Shown here: positions 35,683 through 45,755 of the stretch, in pieces
Layout: each line of letters starts with the position of its first letter
Numbering within the stretch: position 1 is the stretch's first letter
IMG/VR virus record: IMGVR_UViG_3300038465_000091
Span: 1-64,000 of that record
Direction: 5' to 3' (one strand)
Length of the DNA stretch: 64,000 nucleotides
Notes under the pieces: generated by a model
What the model was told of the DNA's origin: nothing
What the model saw: the letters and a program-made list of their open reading frames with translations, nothing else
Database searches by the model: none
Program-made: the position numbers and the translations under genes

Positions 35683-36465
35683 TTATTTGTTGCAAGCCCA
35701 ACCATAGGACTTGATGAATTTTTCGGCGTAGGCCAAGTTCCCAAATGTCCCGATTGCGGCGTCCTGCGTCCTATTGCCGCCCTGAGCGAAACCGCGTTCT
35801 GACACGGTGACTTCGCCGTTACCGTTCAAAGACCACCAACCAGTTTTGAGTCCGTCAGAATCACAGAGGATATCGACTGTTTGATGCTTCTTGGGTGTAT
35901 TGAAGTGAACTGGTGTTGGCTCAGAGGGCTTCGGGGAAGCGTAGCGAGAGTAGCAAGCCTGCATGATACCTTCGGCTTCAACGACGGTGATTCCAACGGT
36001 AAGGTTACGCCACACGCCTTCACACGCGGTTTTCTGCTCCTCTGTTGGCGTAACCCATGACGCGGGTACGGACGCGGGTGAAGTCCCCCAGATTCGTTGT
36101 TGTTCGTAGTCCGCCCGCTGAACGCACTTTGCGTAAAGGTTTTGAGCAAGTTCCCGTACCGCCGCTGATGGGTCGTTGACGCCGAGTGGGGTGCACAGGT
36201 CTCGGTAAGACGGCATAGGCACGGAGGTCGTTGGTCCTTCTTGACAAGGACGAGCCGTGGTCAAACCGTCCTTGTTCACGTAGGTTCCGCAACCCACGTT
36301 GGCGCTCGTAGAACCCGCACCCAACCATTGAGTGACGCCGCCGTGGTGAGAACACGTACCTGAATGGTGTCTGCTGTAGCTCGTGGCTCCATCCGCGCAA
36401 GTCGCGGTCTGAGCATGGCTAAAAGCGGCTGTCAGAACGATCAGGGCAAGTACGATTGTTCTCAT
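35683..36465 (-). CDS. Secreted protein with DUF3761-like domain
   Basis: Signal peptide; TATCADG..SYS.HH.GTCSHHGGV motif. Confidence 0.8.
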   Translation of the reverse strand: MRTIVLALIVLTAAFSHAQTATCADGATSYSRHHSGTCSHHGGVTQWLGAGSTSANVGCGTYVNKDGLTTARPCQEGPTTSVPMPSYRDLCTPLGVNDPSAAVRELAQNLYAKCVQRADYEQQRIWGTSPASVPASWVTPTEEQKTACEGVWRNLTVGITVVEAEGIMQACYSRYASPKPSEPTPVHFNTPKKHQTVDILCDSDGLKTGWWSLNGNGEVTVSERGFAQGGNRTQDAAIGTFGNLAYAEKFIKSYGWACNK

Positions 36466-36606
36466 ACCCCATTATACCAATTTGGGGCTCGGAATCGCTA
36501 GTTTTTGGAGTATCTTTGGTAACCATAGCGGAGAATTCCCTGTTCTCCTGCGACGTTGAGGACAAGGACTTTACGAGGACTACGGTATCACCAAAACGGT
36601 ATCAGG

Positions 36607-37056
36607 TTACTGAGAAGGTAACCCGAGTTCGGTACGGGTCTTTCCACAGGTCTTGCATTTATGCCAGTTGGCACGACAGTCAGCGTCACACTGCTGTTCA
36701 TCATCGTGCGGAGGCGGGACGAATTCATGCAGGTGGAGACTGGCGGCGTGGGCGGGGCGGACGCAAGCCCAACTACCTTCCTCGTCGTAACAGATAGCGC
36801 AATCAGGTTCCTTTTTTCCGAGAACCTTGCGTATGGCGTCCAGCCGCTCTTCATCGAACTCGGGCTCATGATGGCGTGGGCCGATAGGCATATTCTGCCA
36901 CTCGATCTGCTGAAGCCGACCCTCAAGATCGGCGACCTTGAACAACAGGTGCTTGATGCAGTCGTCATAGGTGACGAGCGTCGTCGCGGGGTTGAACATG
37001 TCCGCACAAAGAGGACATGTTTGCGGGGTGTGCTGCCACTCCCATCCGTTTTCCAC
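36607..37056 (-). CDS. Hypothetical Cys-rich protein
   Basis: CPLC, CAIC and CKTC motifs. Confidence 0.55.
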   Translation of the reverse strand: MENGWEWQHTPQTCPLCADMFNPATTLVTYDDCIKHLLFKVADLEGRLQQIEWQNMPIGPRHHEPEFDEERLDAIRKVLGKKEPDCAICYDEEGSWACVRPAHAASLHLHEFVPPPHDDEQQCDADCRANWHKCKTCGKTRTELGLPSQ

Positions 37057-38337
37057 TTAGTCCTCCTCGACCTCAAACGCCGCACGTGCGGGCAGTTCAA
37101 CGTTATCGTCGTCCAAGCCCGTCATATAGCGTTCGGTGCTCTCATCGACTTCCATCAGATGGCGTCCCGTTTCATCGTTGCGGACAGCTTCTTTGACCAG
37201 TACTCGCAGCTTGGCAAGCACTTCGGGATTCTGCTTGATGACGAGATCGTCTATGGCCGCGTCCTGATCGGGGTAGCCTGCAATGGCTTCCTCAGCCGAT
37301 TTGCCGACGAACCACTTCTTGCCGACGTTGCTGATGAAACCGTAGTCGCGAGCAAGGTCACGGACAGTAACGTTGTCGTCAAAGCCGACGCCCTTACGTA
37401 GGTACATCGAGCCTTCGCGGTAGCCGCCGCCATTGGTCTTGTTCTTCAAGATGCGAACCTTGATACGGGTCGCGGCAAAGTCCTGCAAATCACCCTTCAC
37501 ACCAGTGCCGGGTTCGAGCAGGAATGCATCCTCCTGTTCGCTGCCCGCACGGATGGCTTTGTGGGTCATCGTCTCAATCATCACGCTGGGCGTGAAGCGG
37601 CAGGTCTTGCCGCCCGGGAGGATGTAGGGCAAGTTGGTGAAGGATGGGTACTTGATGGCGTACTGGGCGTCCTTCGTGGATTCAATACGTGCGCGGGGCT
37701 GGTTGACCATCAGGAACACGCAATCGTAGCGAGCCGCTGGGGTCAACATATTTTTGAAGAAACATTCCATCGCACGAGCATGTTCACCCGGCGTGGTCTT
37801 GTGGGATTTCTTGACATCCATCACGATCTTGCGTTCCACTTCCTCACGCATACGGACGATGGAGTCGAAAACGAACAGGCGGACGCCGCTCTCCATGAAT
37901 TCAAGGGTGCGCTTTTCCGCGTCCTGAATACTATCGGGCATGATGAGTTCGCAACCGCTGTCATCGACGCCGATCTTGTGAAGGTAGTTCCAGTCGCCCG
38001 TGCGCTCAAAGTCAAAAATGACGGCGGGCTCACCAGTGAATCTCTGGTAAGCACTGACGATGCCGTAGGTCAATGTGGACTTACCGCTGTGCTCGTTCCC
38101 GTGGATTTCAATGACGCGCCCACGGCGAGGCATACCGTCCAAGCCGCACACGTCGTCGAGGGTGACGAATCCATACGGAATGCGCTCTTCCGCCACGTTG
38201 GGGTCAACGACCCGATAATCTTTCTTGTTGCCCGCACGAGCCTTGGCGAACAGGTCTTGCCGCTGCTTCGAGTTTAGCGACCTTACCGCTTGAAAATCTA
38301 CTCCCTTTACTGCCTCTGCTTTTGATTTCTTTGGCAC
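37057..38337 (-). CDS. recA: RecA/UvsX-like recombinase
   Basis: GMPRRGRVIEIHGNEHSGKST Walker A, FVFDSI Walker B, NQPR, KNK motifs. Confidence 0.93.
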   Translation of the reverse strand: MPKKSKAEAVKGVDFQAVRSLNSKQRQDLFAKARAGNKKDYRVVDPNVAEERIPYGFVTLDDVCGLDGMPRRGRVIEIHGNEHSGKSTLTYGIVSAYQRFTGEPAVIFDFERTGDWNYLHKIGVDDSGCELIMPDSIQDAEKRTLEFMESGVRLFVFDSIVRMREEVERKIVMDVKKSHKTTPGEHARAMECFFKNMLTPAARYDCVFLMVNQPRARIESTKDAQYAIKYPSFTNLPYILPGGKTCRFTPSVMIETMTHKAIRAGSEQEDAFLLEPGTGVKGDLQDFAATRIKVRILKNKTNGGGYREGSMYLRKGVGFDDNVTVRDLARDYGFISNVGKKWFVGKSAEEAIAGYPDQDAAIDDLVIKQNPEVLAKLRVLVKEAVRNDETGRHLMEVDESTERYMTGLDDDNVELPARAAFEVEED

Positions 38338-38345
38338 GTTTCCTC

Positions 38346-39197
38346 CTACAACTCAAATCTGATGCGGGTGAGAGATTTCTTGGGGTTGGACGCATCCTTG
38401 ACGCAGGCGTCATACCCCTGCCGCTTGTACATATACCAATACTCAATTCGGTGCAAAAGTCCTTTGGTTACGACGTGGGCATTACGTCCCTTGCCCTTGA
38501 TTTCCTGTGTTGCGTTGCAGAGCGAATTCAGGAAGTTCTGGGGAACCTCGGAAACACACCCCATAATGATCGACGCCGCGTGGCGGGCCATCATACTCAG
38601 GAGAACGGCGTCACAGGAGTCGGTGTCCAACTCTGGATAATCCGTTCTGCCGATAAAATCGTAGGCTCTGATGATGTTCTCGGCCTTGTTCTTGGCACCC
38701 CTTGACGTAAGCCCCATGAGGGACCGCAGCGTGGCGGCGTTCGTGTACATGATGCGGACCTGCCCGAACTGAACGGGGCTGTTATTGGCTGTCCCATTCT
38801 CGAAGAACACCAGATGGATGATTCTGTTCAGGGCAACGAGGTAGTCGTTCATCGGCGTGGGGAATTCCATGCTGATGATGAGTCCCGTGCGCTTCAAGAT
38901 GTCGGGCGAATAGCTCGCAACCAGAGCCTCAAGTAAGCTGCGGAGGTAGAGGGCCATCAACTTCGCCCTAAGCCAGATCGTGTTGCGCGGGTGCATCCCG
39001 TTTTCAATAGAGCAGGCTTTGACGGAGCCCGCCAGAATCCATTTAGCCACGGTCGCTGCGCTGGTATCGGTCGATGGAAAAACGTCCAGCATGGCGTACC
39101 CGGTGCGGCTCATGGACGGGTCTAGCCCAAGAATGACCCAGCGGTCAATCTCTTCAACCTTGGGCGGGATGATGAGAGGAATTTCTTTCTTCGGCAT
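38346..39197 (-). CDS. RuvC-like Holliday junction resolvase
   Basis: ILGLDPSMSRTGYA, ISME, DSCDAV motifs. Start reassigned to MPKKEI. Confidence 0.8.
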   Translation of the reverse strand: MPKKEIPLIIPPKVEEIDRWVILGLDPSMSRTGYAMLDVFPSTDTSAATVAKWILAGSVKACSIENGMHPRNTIWLRAKLMALYLRSLLEALVASYSPDILKRTGLIISMEFPTPMNDYLVALNRIIHLVFFENGTANNSPVQFGQVRIMYTNAATLRSLMGLTSRGAKNKAENIIRAYDFIGRTDYPELDTDSCDAVLLSMMARHAASIIMGCVSEVPQNFLNSLCNATQEIKGKGRNAHVVTKGLLHRIEYWYMYKRQGYDACVKDASNPKKSLTRIRFEL

Positions 39198-39211
39198 AAT
39201 ACTTAATACCG

Positions 39212-39250
39212 CAAAAAGAAAACCCTTCGGCGTTAACCGAAGGGTTTTGC
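39212..39250 (-). terminator. Intrinsic terminator
   Basis: AAAACCCTTCGG / CCGAAGGGTTTT stem with a T-tract on the minus strand. Confidence 0.85.
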
Positions 39251-39267
39251 GTGCATTTGCTTTAAAA

Positions 39268-40944
39268 TTATTGGTTGCTGTTGGGGGGAGCTTGCTGCGC
39301 CTCCCGTTGAATCTTAACCACAGGTTTACGACCCATACCCATTCCGCCGCCGTCATCCGTCTTCGCGGAACCGCGCTGTGCCTCTTCCATTTCCGAGTCG
39401 TCGTACTCGCCTGTACGTTCCTTGGGTGGGGATGCCTGCTTACGTTTATCGAACTTGCTACCATCCGACGACTGAATCCACCACCGTTTGGAGCCCTCGG
39501 TGTAGGAAATAGCGTAAGGTTTGTCTTCGATGAATTTATTCGAGCCTGAGGGTACGACGCCGACTACTTCATCGCCGTCCTCAAATTCGAACGAAAGTTT
39601 CTTGGTGCTATCTTCCTCCAGCACCTTCACTTGCACTTTCGTGGCGAACAGTCCCTTTGGATGATAGTACTCAATCACCTGCCCCGGAGAAGCTTCGTAA
39701 CGCTCGCCAGCCTTGGTATATTCCTTGGCGATGTACTCGACTTCCATGAACATGCTATGCTCATGATCGCCATTCGGGTAACCGGGGTTGCTTGGGTCAA
39801 TTTTCTGATGCTTGAATTTGATGCGGACGTTGTAGTTGTCGCCCATCATGGTCACGTACTTGAAGGGTACGATCCAACCATTCGGATCAGTAGATTTCTC
39901 CCACTGATCGACTGGCTGATCCACCTTGCTGATCTCGATCTTGAACAAGTTGTGGGGCGGCAGAACTCGCTTCTCGCTCTTCTTCTCTTGGAAAAGAGTC
40001 GCCAGCAAAGTGCCGTCGTTAATGACATCCTTCACGTTCTCTATGTCAGAGGCGACCTGAAGAATATCTGGAACGCCGAACCCTGCTTCACCTTCGCGGT
40101 CGGTGTCAACCAAAACGACTGCGCCTTCCCCGCCTGATGGGAAGAAAATTTTAAGTGTCGGCTTAGACTCTTGTTTGCCGTCGATTACGCGGTAGCCTTC
40201 AATGTAGTTACCCTTGTTGTCCTGCGGCTTATCCTCGGTGACGATCTTGTAGTTCGTCAGACGGATGCTCATCTTGGCGGGCTTCCAGACGAATTCATTC
40301 TCATCATTGGGGTGCTTCGGATCGCTCGCTTTATGATCGTAGGGAGTGGTGTATTCCAACTCCAAGGATTCGATTTCCTTCAAAGAGCCATCGGCCTTCG
40401 CGCCTTCAATCTGACTAGCCTTGAAAGGAAACGCTTCCGATACATCTTTCGTCAAGAAAATCTTGCGGATATTGTACCCGCCGCCCATTTGTGCTTCTGG
40501 GCCGTATTCGGGACGATCACCCATCTTCTGCTCGAACTGGTTTTCCAGATCGGCAGCATGAACACGGGCGTACTGCGCCTTGGTGATCTGCTCCTCATGC
40601 GTCAAGTCCGCACGCAGTTTGAAGGTGTCGAGATACTGCACCATTTCGGCGTTATTCGGGTCGAGGGATTCGTCCAAGTCTCTCAGGACGGTTTCAATCT
40701 GCGAGGCGACCTTGGTGGTCGGCACCTTGCCGTAGATGATGACGTACTGGTTGCTGCCCTCTTGAACTTCACGAGCCCACCAAATGCGGTCGGCGTAGGC
40801 AAAGGCGGCAAGGGTCTGCTTCTTTGTCCAGTGCTTATCTTTCCCAGCGTTGTCGAATTCCGCACGGTACGGCGAAACGCATCCCGCCAGCAGGAAAACA
40901 AACATCAAAGCAATCGCGGTGGTTAGGGAACGGAGCAATTTCAT
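39268..40944 (-). CDS. Lipoprotein, hypothetical (558 aa)
   Basis: Signal peptide with LAGC lipobox. Confidence 0.8.
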   Translation of the reverse strand: MKLLRSLTTAIALMFVFLLAGCVSPYRAEFDNAGKDKHWTKKQTLAAFAYADRIWWAREVQEGSNQYVIIYGKVPTTKVASQIETVLRDLDESLDPNNAEMVQYLDTFKLRADLTHEEQITKAQYARVHAADLENQFEQKMGDRPEYGPEAQMGGGYNIRKIFLTKDVSEAFPFKASQIEGAKADGSLKEIESLELEYTTPYDHKASDPKHPNDENEFVWKPAKMSIRLTNYKIVTEDKPQDNKGNYIEGYRVIDGKQESKPTLKIFFPSGGEGAVVLVDTDREGEAGFGVPDILQVASDIENVKDVINDGTLLATLFQEKKSEKRVLPPHNLFKIEISKVDQPVDQWEKSTDPNGWIVPFKYVTMMGDNYNVRIKFKHQKIDPSNPGYPNGDHEHSMFMEVEYIAKEYTKAGERYEASPGQVIEYYHPKGLFATKVQVKVLEEDSTKKLSFEFEDGDEVVGVVPSGSNKFIEDKPYAISYTEGSKRWWIQSSDGSKFDKRKQASPPKERTGEYDDSEMEEAQRGSAKTDDGGGMGMGRKPVVKIQREAQQAPPNSNQ

Positions 40945-42407
40945 TGCGTCACCTTCTTGGAAGTCTTGAACGTGCCGAGGAATTGAAGTGCATCCGCTGG
41001 AGACATCTTCTGGATTTCAGCCAGCTTCTCGGGGTGGTTGGTAAAATATGCCTCGATGTTCTTGCGTTCATCGGCGGTGAATGCGCGGGTGTACTGATCC
41101 ACCAAGTAGGGCGGGGCACCCATCACCATGCCGCCCTTGTTGCCCGTCAACCCCTTCTGGAAGGCTTGCTGAGCAATTTCCTTGATCTCTTCGCTGTGAG
41201 CGTTGAGCCACTCCATCGTCGGCTTTCCACCGCCGAGGAGCGTCGGGTTGTAGTGCAGGGCGTAGGTCATGCGGAAGACCGAGTTGTTGTCACCACGAAT
41301 GTTGTTCACCGCCGACCACCACATCGGGTCCGAATAGAATTCGGGAATGGTGACGTTCATGAAGAATGTGAGCATGTCGGCTTTGATCGTCTCGATCTGC
41401 TTGTGGTAGTACAGGAAGTTCGAGTCATCAATCGACAGGTTGCCTGCGTAGTTGAACCTGATCGTATCCTTCTCGTACTGATCCCAATCGAATCCGTAAT
41501 AAATTTCGGCCAACTCGCGAAGGTCCTTCGTGTACCCGTGAGACGGCAGGTCCGTCGTATCTTCGGGGGACAACACGCTTGGCATATCGGCCATTAGTTC
41601 CACGTCAAACGCTTCTGACATCGGGAACTTCTCGAAATTGATGTTGCCGTGCACCATTTCATGCTGCATGATGTATGGAATAGTGTGGACGTAATCCGTC
41701 ATCCAAGCTTCGGGGTTGTAATAGATCACGCCAGTGTTGAGCCACGTGACGCCGAGGATGCCGCCAAGGGGCGGGTTGTAACCAAGGTGTAGCTCGCGTG
41801 GAACGAAGTCGCTAGCCTTGCTGGGTTTCGGCAGGCGGTGCAACTCGCGGAAGGTAATGTCGTAACCCGGAACTTGCTCGTTAAGCTGGGTGATTAGCTT
41901 TTCTTTCTTGATTCCGAGCTTCGCGGCTCGAACCTCGATGGAACGCTCAGCAACCCTCTGGTAAAACGCATTGTCGCGCTCGGAAGCAACAACGACGAGC
42001 TTCGTGAGGGTATCCACGAGAAGCTTCATCTGGGCTTCACTGACAAAGAACTGATCGCAAAGGGATGTGTAGCGATATGTGCCGTCAGCCTGCTTGTAGG
42101 CGTGGTCGATGATGATCTTCAACTTGGCGGGATTCTCGGTGACACTGCTTGTGCTCACCACGTCCGTCACGACGGAATAGCTGTCCGAGCCCGGATCGAG
42201 AGTCTTCATTCCCGAGCCGCCCTGATTGCAAGCCCAAGTCGCTTGGAAAAGATGCTCGTACTCTTGGTGCTGTTTGAGTGGGTCGGTAGCGTACTGTTGG
42301 ATGCCCTTCGGGAAGAAGAAAGGCTGTTCGGTCGGTGTGTTTTGGCCGAAGGCTGACACGGCCAGCAGAAGAAACGGTACAAGTTGAAGAACTTTGTGAA
42401 ACTTCAT
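40941..42407 (-). CDS. Secreted protein with HEXXH zincin motif
   Basis: Signal peptide; MQHEMVH followed by a downstream E (DVELMAD). Confidence 0.7.
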   Translation of the reverse strand: MKFHKVLQLVPFLLLAVSAFGQNTPTEQPFFFPKGIQQYATDPLKQHQEYEHLFQATWACNQGGSGMKTLDPGSDSYSVVTDVVSTSSVTENPAKLKIIIDHAYKQADGTYRYTSLCDQFFVSEAQMKLLVDTLTKLVVVASERDNAFYQRVAERSIEVRAAKLGIKKEKLITQLNEQVPGYDITFRELHRLPKPSKASDFVPRELHLGYNPPLGGILGVTWLNTGVIYYNPEAWMTDYVHTIPYIMQHEMVHGNINFEKFPMSEAFDVELMADMPSVLSPEDTTDLPSHGYTKDLRELAEIYYGFDWDQYEKDTIRFNYAGNLSIDDSNFLYYHKQIETIKADMLTFFMNVTIPEFYSDPMWWSAVNNIRGDNNSVFRMTYALHYNPTLLGGGKPTMEWLNAHSEEIKEIAQQAFQKGLTGNKGGMVMGAPPYLVDQYTRAFTADERKNIEAYFTNHPEKLAEIQKMSPADALQFLGTFKTSKKVTQ

Positions 42408-42501
42408 TGATCCCCCGCAAACCTGTGACGTGGGTCACACATACTACAATACTGAAGTTAATAGAATCTGTAAACAAAATTGCGGATGATTTTGCCACTA
42501 T

Positions 42502-43224
42502 TTATTTGATTACTTCAATCGAAAAACCAGCTACCAAACATTCTTCCCGCTCTTGTTCGACGAAAAGTTCCTTCATTTCCCTATACCACATCACAAACTT
42601 ACCATCTTTGTATTCAGCGTGATAGCCACGTTTCTTCGCCAGTTCATTGTTGTGAAAACTCACCAGAGCCTTGACTATAACCATCGGGCTTCGAGCCAGT
42701 TCCAGTACTTTGTCCAACGGGTATTGGTCGAGCATCTGCATCATGCTAACCGCATCAAACGCCGCTCGATGAGGAAACGGGTTTGGCAGCATCCCATGAT
42801 CCACTGGCATGTAGGCAAGCTTACGGGTGTACCAGCGGGGCATGGGAAGATCGGTTAGGGTGTCAATCCAAAGCTTGCTCGGGTCAGATTCGAAGTTATA
42901 GCGATCCGCCCATGCCTGCACAAAGCCCCTGTCGAACTTGTTGCCGTTGTGGGCGCACACGGTGTCGGCGGCTTGATACCTGAGGAAGAACTGCTTGGCA
43001 GCCTTGAGGTCATCGATGCCGTATTTCGAACACAACTCGGGCATCTTGGGGTATCGTTCGAGGATTTCAGGTTCCCACGGGGCATCCCCCGGGTTGACCA
43101 GATAGCCCATGATTTTTGTGGGTTGGCGCAGGCCGGTGCACCACGTCACCATCCCAACCTCGGTGATGCGGTGGATTGCGGGGTCGCCGCCACAAGTTTC
43201 AAAATCGAGCCCGAGGATAAGCAT
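42502..43224 (-). CDS. DEDDh 3'-5' exonuclease (DnaQ-like)
   Basis: LDFET, AHNGNKFD, IDT, HRAAFD motifs. Confidence 0.92.
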   Translation of the reverse strand: MLILGLDFETCGGDPAIHRITEVGMVTWCTGLRQPTKIMGYLVNPGDAPWEPEILERYPKMPELCSKYGIDDLKAAKQFFLRYQAADTVCAHNGNKFDRGFVQAWADRYNFESDPSKLWIDTLTDLPMPRWYTRKLAYMPVDHGMLPNPFPHRAAFDAVSMMQMLDQYPLDKVLELARSPMVIVKALVSFHNNELAKKRGYHAEYKDGKFVMWYREMKELFVEQEREECLVAGFSIEVIK

Positions 43225-43239
43225 TCGTATTTCCCTCCC

Positions 43240-43533
43240 CTACCATCCTCTTCCGCTGAAACATCGCTTAGATTGCCAAGGCCCCCACCATCCACCATCC
43301 CGGTAGGTGGCTAACGATGGAGTCGCATCCCCGCGAGTGCGATAGCCAAGGCGTCGGTGCCCAACAATTAAAGCGAATAACCATCGCTGATCGCATTGAA
43401 GAGAGTGGTACATGAGCAGGAGCGTGAATGGTCCAAACTTACAACGCCACCCCCCGAAAACACTGCTGGGAACAACTATTTCAAACCCCATTTTGTTCTC
43501 CTGTCCCTCGCGGGGGTTAAATATAATTCCCAA
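43240..43533 (-). CDS. Hypothetical protein
   Basis: ORF in operon. Confidence 0.45.
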   Translation of the reverse strand: MGIIFNPREGQENKMGFEIVVPSSVFGGWRCKFGPFTLLLMYHSLQCDQRWLFALIVGHRRLGYRTRGDATPSLATYRDGGWWGPWQSKRCFSGRGW

Positions 43534-43570
43534 AAGAAAAGGTAGAAACGAGATTCATTCGTTTCTACCT
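43531..43570 (-). terminator. Intrinsic terminator
   Basis: AGGTAGAAACGA / TCGTTTCTACCT stem followed by TTTCTTTT. Confidence 0.85.
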
Positions 43571-43590
43571 AAGTAATTGAAAACAAAGGG

Positions 43591-44553
43591 TCATAAATCT
43601 TCTACGTCGTCGAGGCGAGCTTCTTCGGCACCAGCCGCCACGCCAGACAGCAGGGCTTTCCACTCTTGGAGAGTCAGCTTCTTGCCGAGACGCCCCTTGA
43701 GAATCTTGCCGTCGTCTTTGGTGAACTTCTCAGCGGCCAGCTTGACTTCTTCGACCAACTGAGGGTTCTGCTTCCAACGAGCCTTTTGAGAGATACGTTG
43801 GAACTGGTAGCCGAACGCACGATCTGGATCGTGTTTCATCACGATGTCGATGTCGTACACACTGACGTTCGGGTTGTCTTCAACCATCTCGTCAATCAAG
43901 TGTGAGACCGCACGGTAGTTGCTGCGGGTCAGGTCAACGTACTGAACTTCCCACTCGATTACCGCACCTTTTTCGTAGCCGCCCGTCTTGGAGTCCGCGT
44001 TGGTGTAGCGGATAACGAGAGACGCAACGTGTAACTCGCCGTCCTCGCCCAGCTTGGCGCAGCAATAACCTGCGTCAGGCGAATTGGCGGGGGTCAAACA
44101 ACGGGCGGTCAGCTTCTTGCCCGGGAGTTCGACGAAGTGATTCTTCGCACTCTTCGGCTTGATGAATGGAAGCAACGCGAAACGCACGGCCTTGCCCTTT
44201 TCGGAGGGACGGCAGCGATTCAGCATGTTCGGACGTGTGGCGAGCTTATCGTCGCCGAACTCCACGTCTAAATCGTCCTCGTCGGCTGCGGGAGCGTTAC
44301 CCTTGGTGCCTTTGTGTCCACCTGCGGCGGCAGCCTTCGGAGTTGGCTCGTCGAGTTCGTCTTCAGTTGGTTTTGTCTTTGCGGTCGCAGTTGCGGTCGC
44401 GGCTTGTGGTTGTGCTACGGGTGTCGCTGGTACGGCAGCTTCGGCGTCAGCGAGTGCTTTCGCGGCGGCGGCGGCAGCGGCACGGGCCTTTGCAACGGCG
44501 TCGGATACAACAGGCTTTACATCTGCTAGTTCGTCTTCGGTAAATTGATTCAC
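43591..44553 (-). CDS. Probable single-stranded DNA-binding/annealing protein
   Basis: Ala-rich N-terminus, VRFALLP, His/Cys cluster, acidic C-tail; replication-gene context. Confidence 0.5.
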   Translation of the reverse strand: MNQFTEDELADVKPVVSDAVAKARAAAAAAAKALADAEAAVPATPVAQPQAATATATAKTKPTEDELDEPTPKAAAAGGHKGTKGNAPAADEDDLDVEFGDDKLATRPNMLNRCRPSEKGKAVRFALLPFIKPKSAKNHFVELPGKKLTARCLTPANSPDAGYCCAKLGEDGELHVASLVIRYTNADSKTGGYEKGAVIEWEVQYVDLTRSNYRAVSHLIDEMVEDNPNVSVYDIDIVMKHDPDRAFGYQFQRISQKARWKQNPQLVEEVKLAAEKFTKDDGKILKGRLGKKLTLQEWKALLSGVAAGAEEARLDDVEDL

Positions 44554-44593
44554 GTGTTTGTTCCTCTCAGGTCGATTTTTATTTGTTTGTTTT

Positions 44594-44911
44594 TTACTTT
44601 ACGACTTCGTTCTTCCGAAGTTCTCCGAGCGTAATGAACTTGACCTTGCGTTTCGCGTTGGTCATTTTCACTTCACCCGTAAAAGGTATCTTTCGTCTAA
44701 TACCAGATTTGTGGCGAACGGAGAACTTACCAAAAGAATTTAATTTCAATTGGAATCCGTTCACGGTGAGATTATTCAACAGGGTGTGCTCCAGTTGAGC
44801 AACCACCACATTGATAATGTGCTCAGCTTCTTTCTTCGTTGGAAGGTTCAACTCCCGTTGAACCCTTGATGTCAACTCGTCGCGGCCTGCTTTTGATTTG
44901 CCTGTAGACAT
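44594..44911 (-). CDS. HU/IHF-like DNA-binding protein
   Basis: LNSFGKFSVR.K....RKIPFTGE.......RKVKF motif. Confidence 0.9.
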   Translation of the reverse strand: MSTGKSKAGRDELTSRVQRELNLPTKKEAEHIINVVVAQLEHTLLNNLTVNGFQLKLNSFGKFSVRHKSGIRRKIPFTGEVKMTNAKRKVKFITLGELRKNEVVK

Positions 44912-45063
44912 GCGGTATTCCTCTTCATGTCTCTAATACTGGATTTTTAGGGTTTTATTGGGAAAAAGAAAAGCCTAGAAAAACTTGGGCTCATACCGCA
45001 GTTTGAGTTTCGGGATTGACTTGGGACAACACGTGGACTTGCTTGCTCATACTAGCTTAATAC

Positions 45064-45102
45064 CAAAAATAAAAGAGAGTCAGTTTTGGAAACTGACTCT
45101 CT
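45064..45102 (-). terminator. Intrinsic terminator
   Basis: AGAGAGTCAGTT / AACTGACTCTCT stem with a T-tract. Confidence 0.85.
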
Positions 45103-45125
45103 GACTTACGGGATCGAGCGATCCT

Positions 45126-45635
45126 TTAGAACCTAACTACGATACCAGCGATTGGGCGGATACCGTTTGCGGAAGCGTACTGAGCCGCTGAATCAGCGTG
45201 GAAGTAGTCCAGCCCGCCGCGCACAGCGAAGTGCTTGGAGAGGGACAGGTCAAGACCAGCACCTGCCTGTTGTGAGAACGCATTTACGGAACCGCCAGTT
45301 GTGTACTTGGTATCGCCGAACAGGACGTTCACGTAAGGACGCAATTTGCCCGTGCGGTTGAACTGGTACTGAAGACCGCCCGCGCCAGTGTTGACGGCAG
45401 CCTTCGATGCCGAGTTGAAGTCGGTGCCCGTCCATTCAGTCACGACGGCGAAAGGGCTCTTGCCGAGGTAATAGGCTGCGCTGGCTTGCCAGCCGGGGTT
45501 GGCGGTGTTGGACGTGCCGTAGGAAAAGACCGTTGAGGATTGATAAGCACCACTCAATTCAACTTTGTCTTGGGCGAATGCGGAACCGACCATTAGGACG
45601 AGAGCCGCAAGAACTAACAGAAAGGACTTCTTCAT
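45126..45635 (-). CDS. Outer-membrane beta-barrel protein
   Basis: Signal peptide, amphipathic strands, C-terminal VVRF (BAM signal Phe). Confidence 0.85.
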   Translation of the reverse strand: MKKSFLLVLAALVLMVGSAFAQDKVELSGAYQSSTVFSYGTSNTANPGWQASAAYYLGKSPFAVVTEWTGTDFNSASKAAVNTGAGGLQYQFNRTGKLRPYVNVLFGDTKYTTGGSVNAFSQQAGAGLDLSLSKHFAVRGGLDYFHADSAAQYASANGIRPIAGIVVRF

Positions 45636-45755
45636 GTTTTTACTTCTCCTTGGAGGAATATATCCCCACATTCACTATACTACTGCGTTTCCCAGACTTT
45701 GGCAACTATTTTTAGCTAATCCATACTATCGCCTTTATTATGAGTATTATATACC

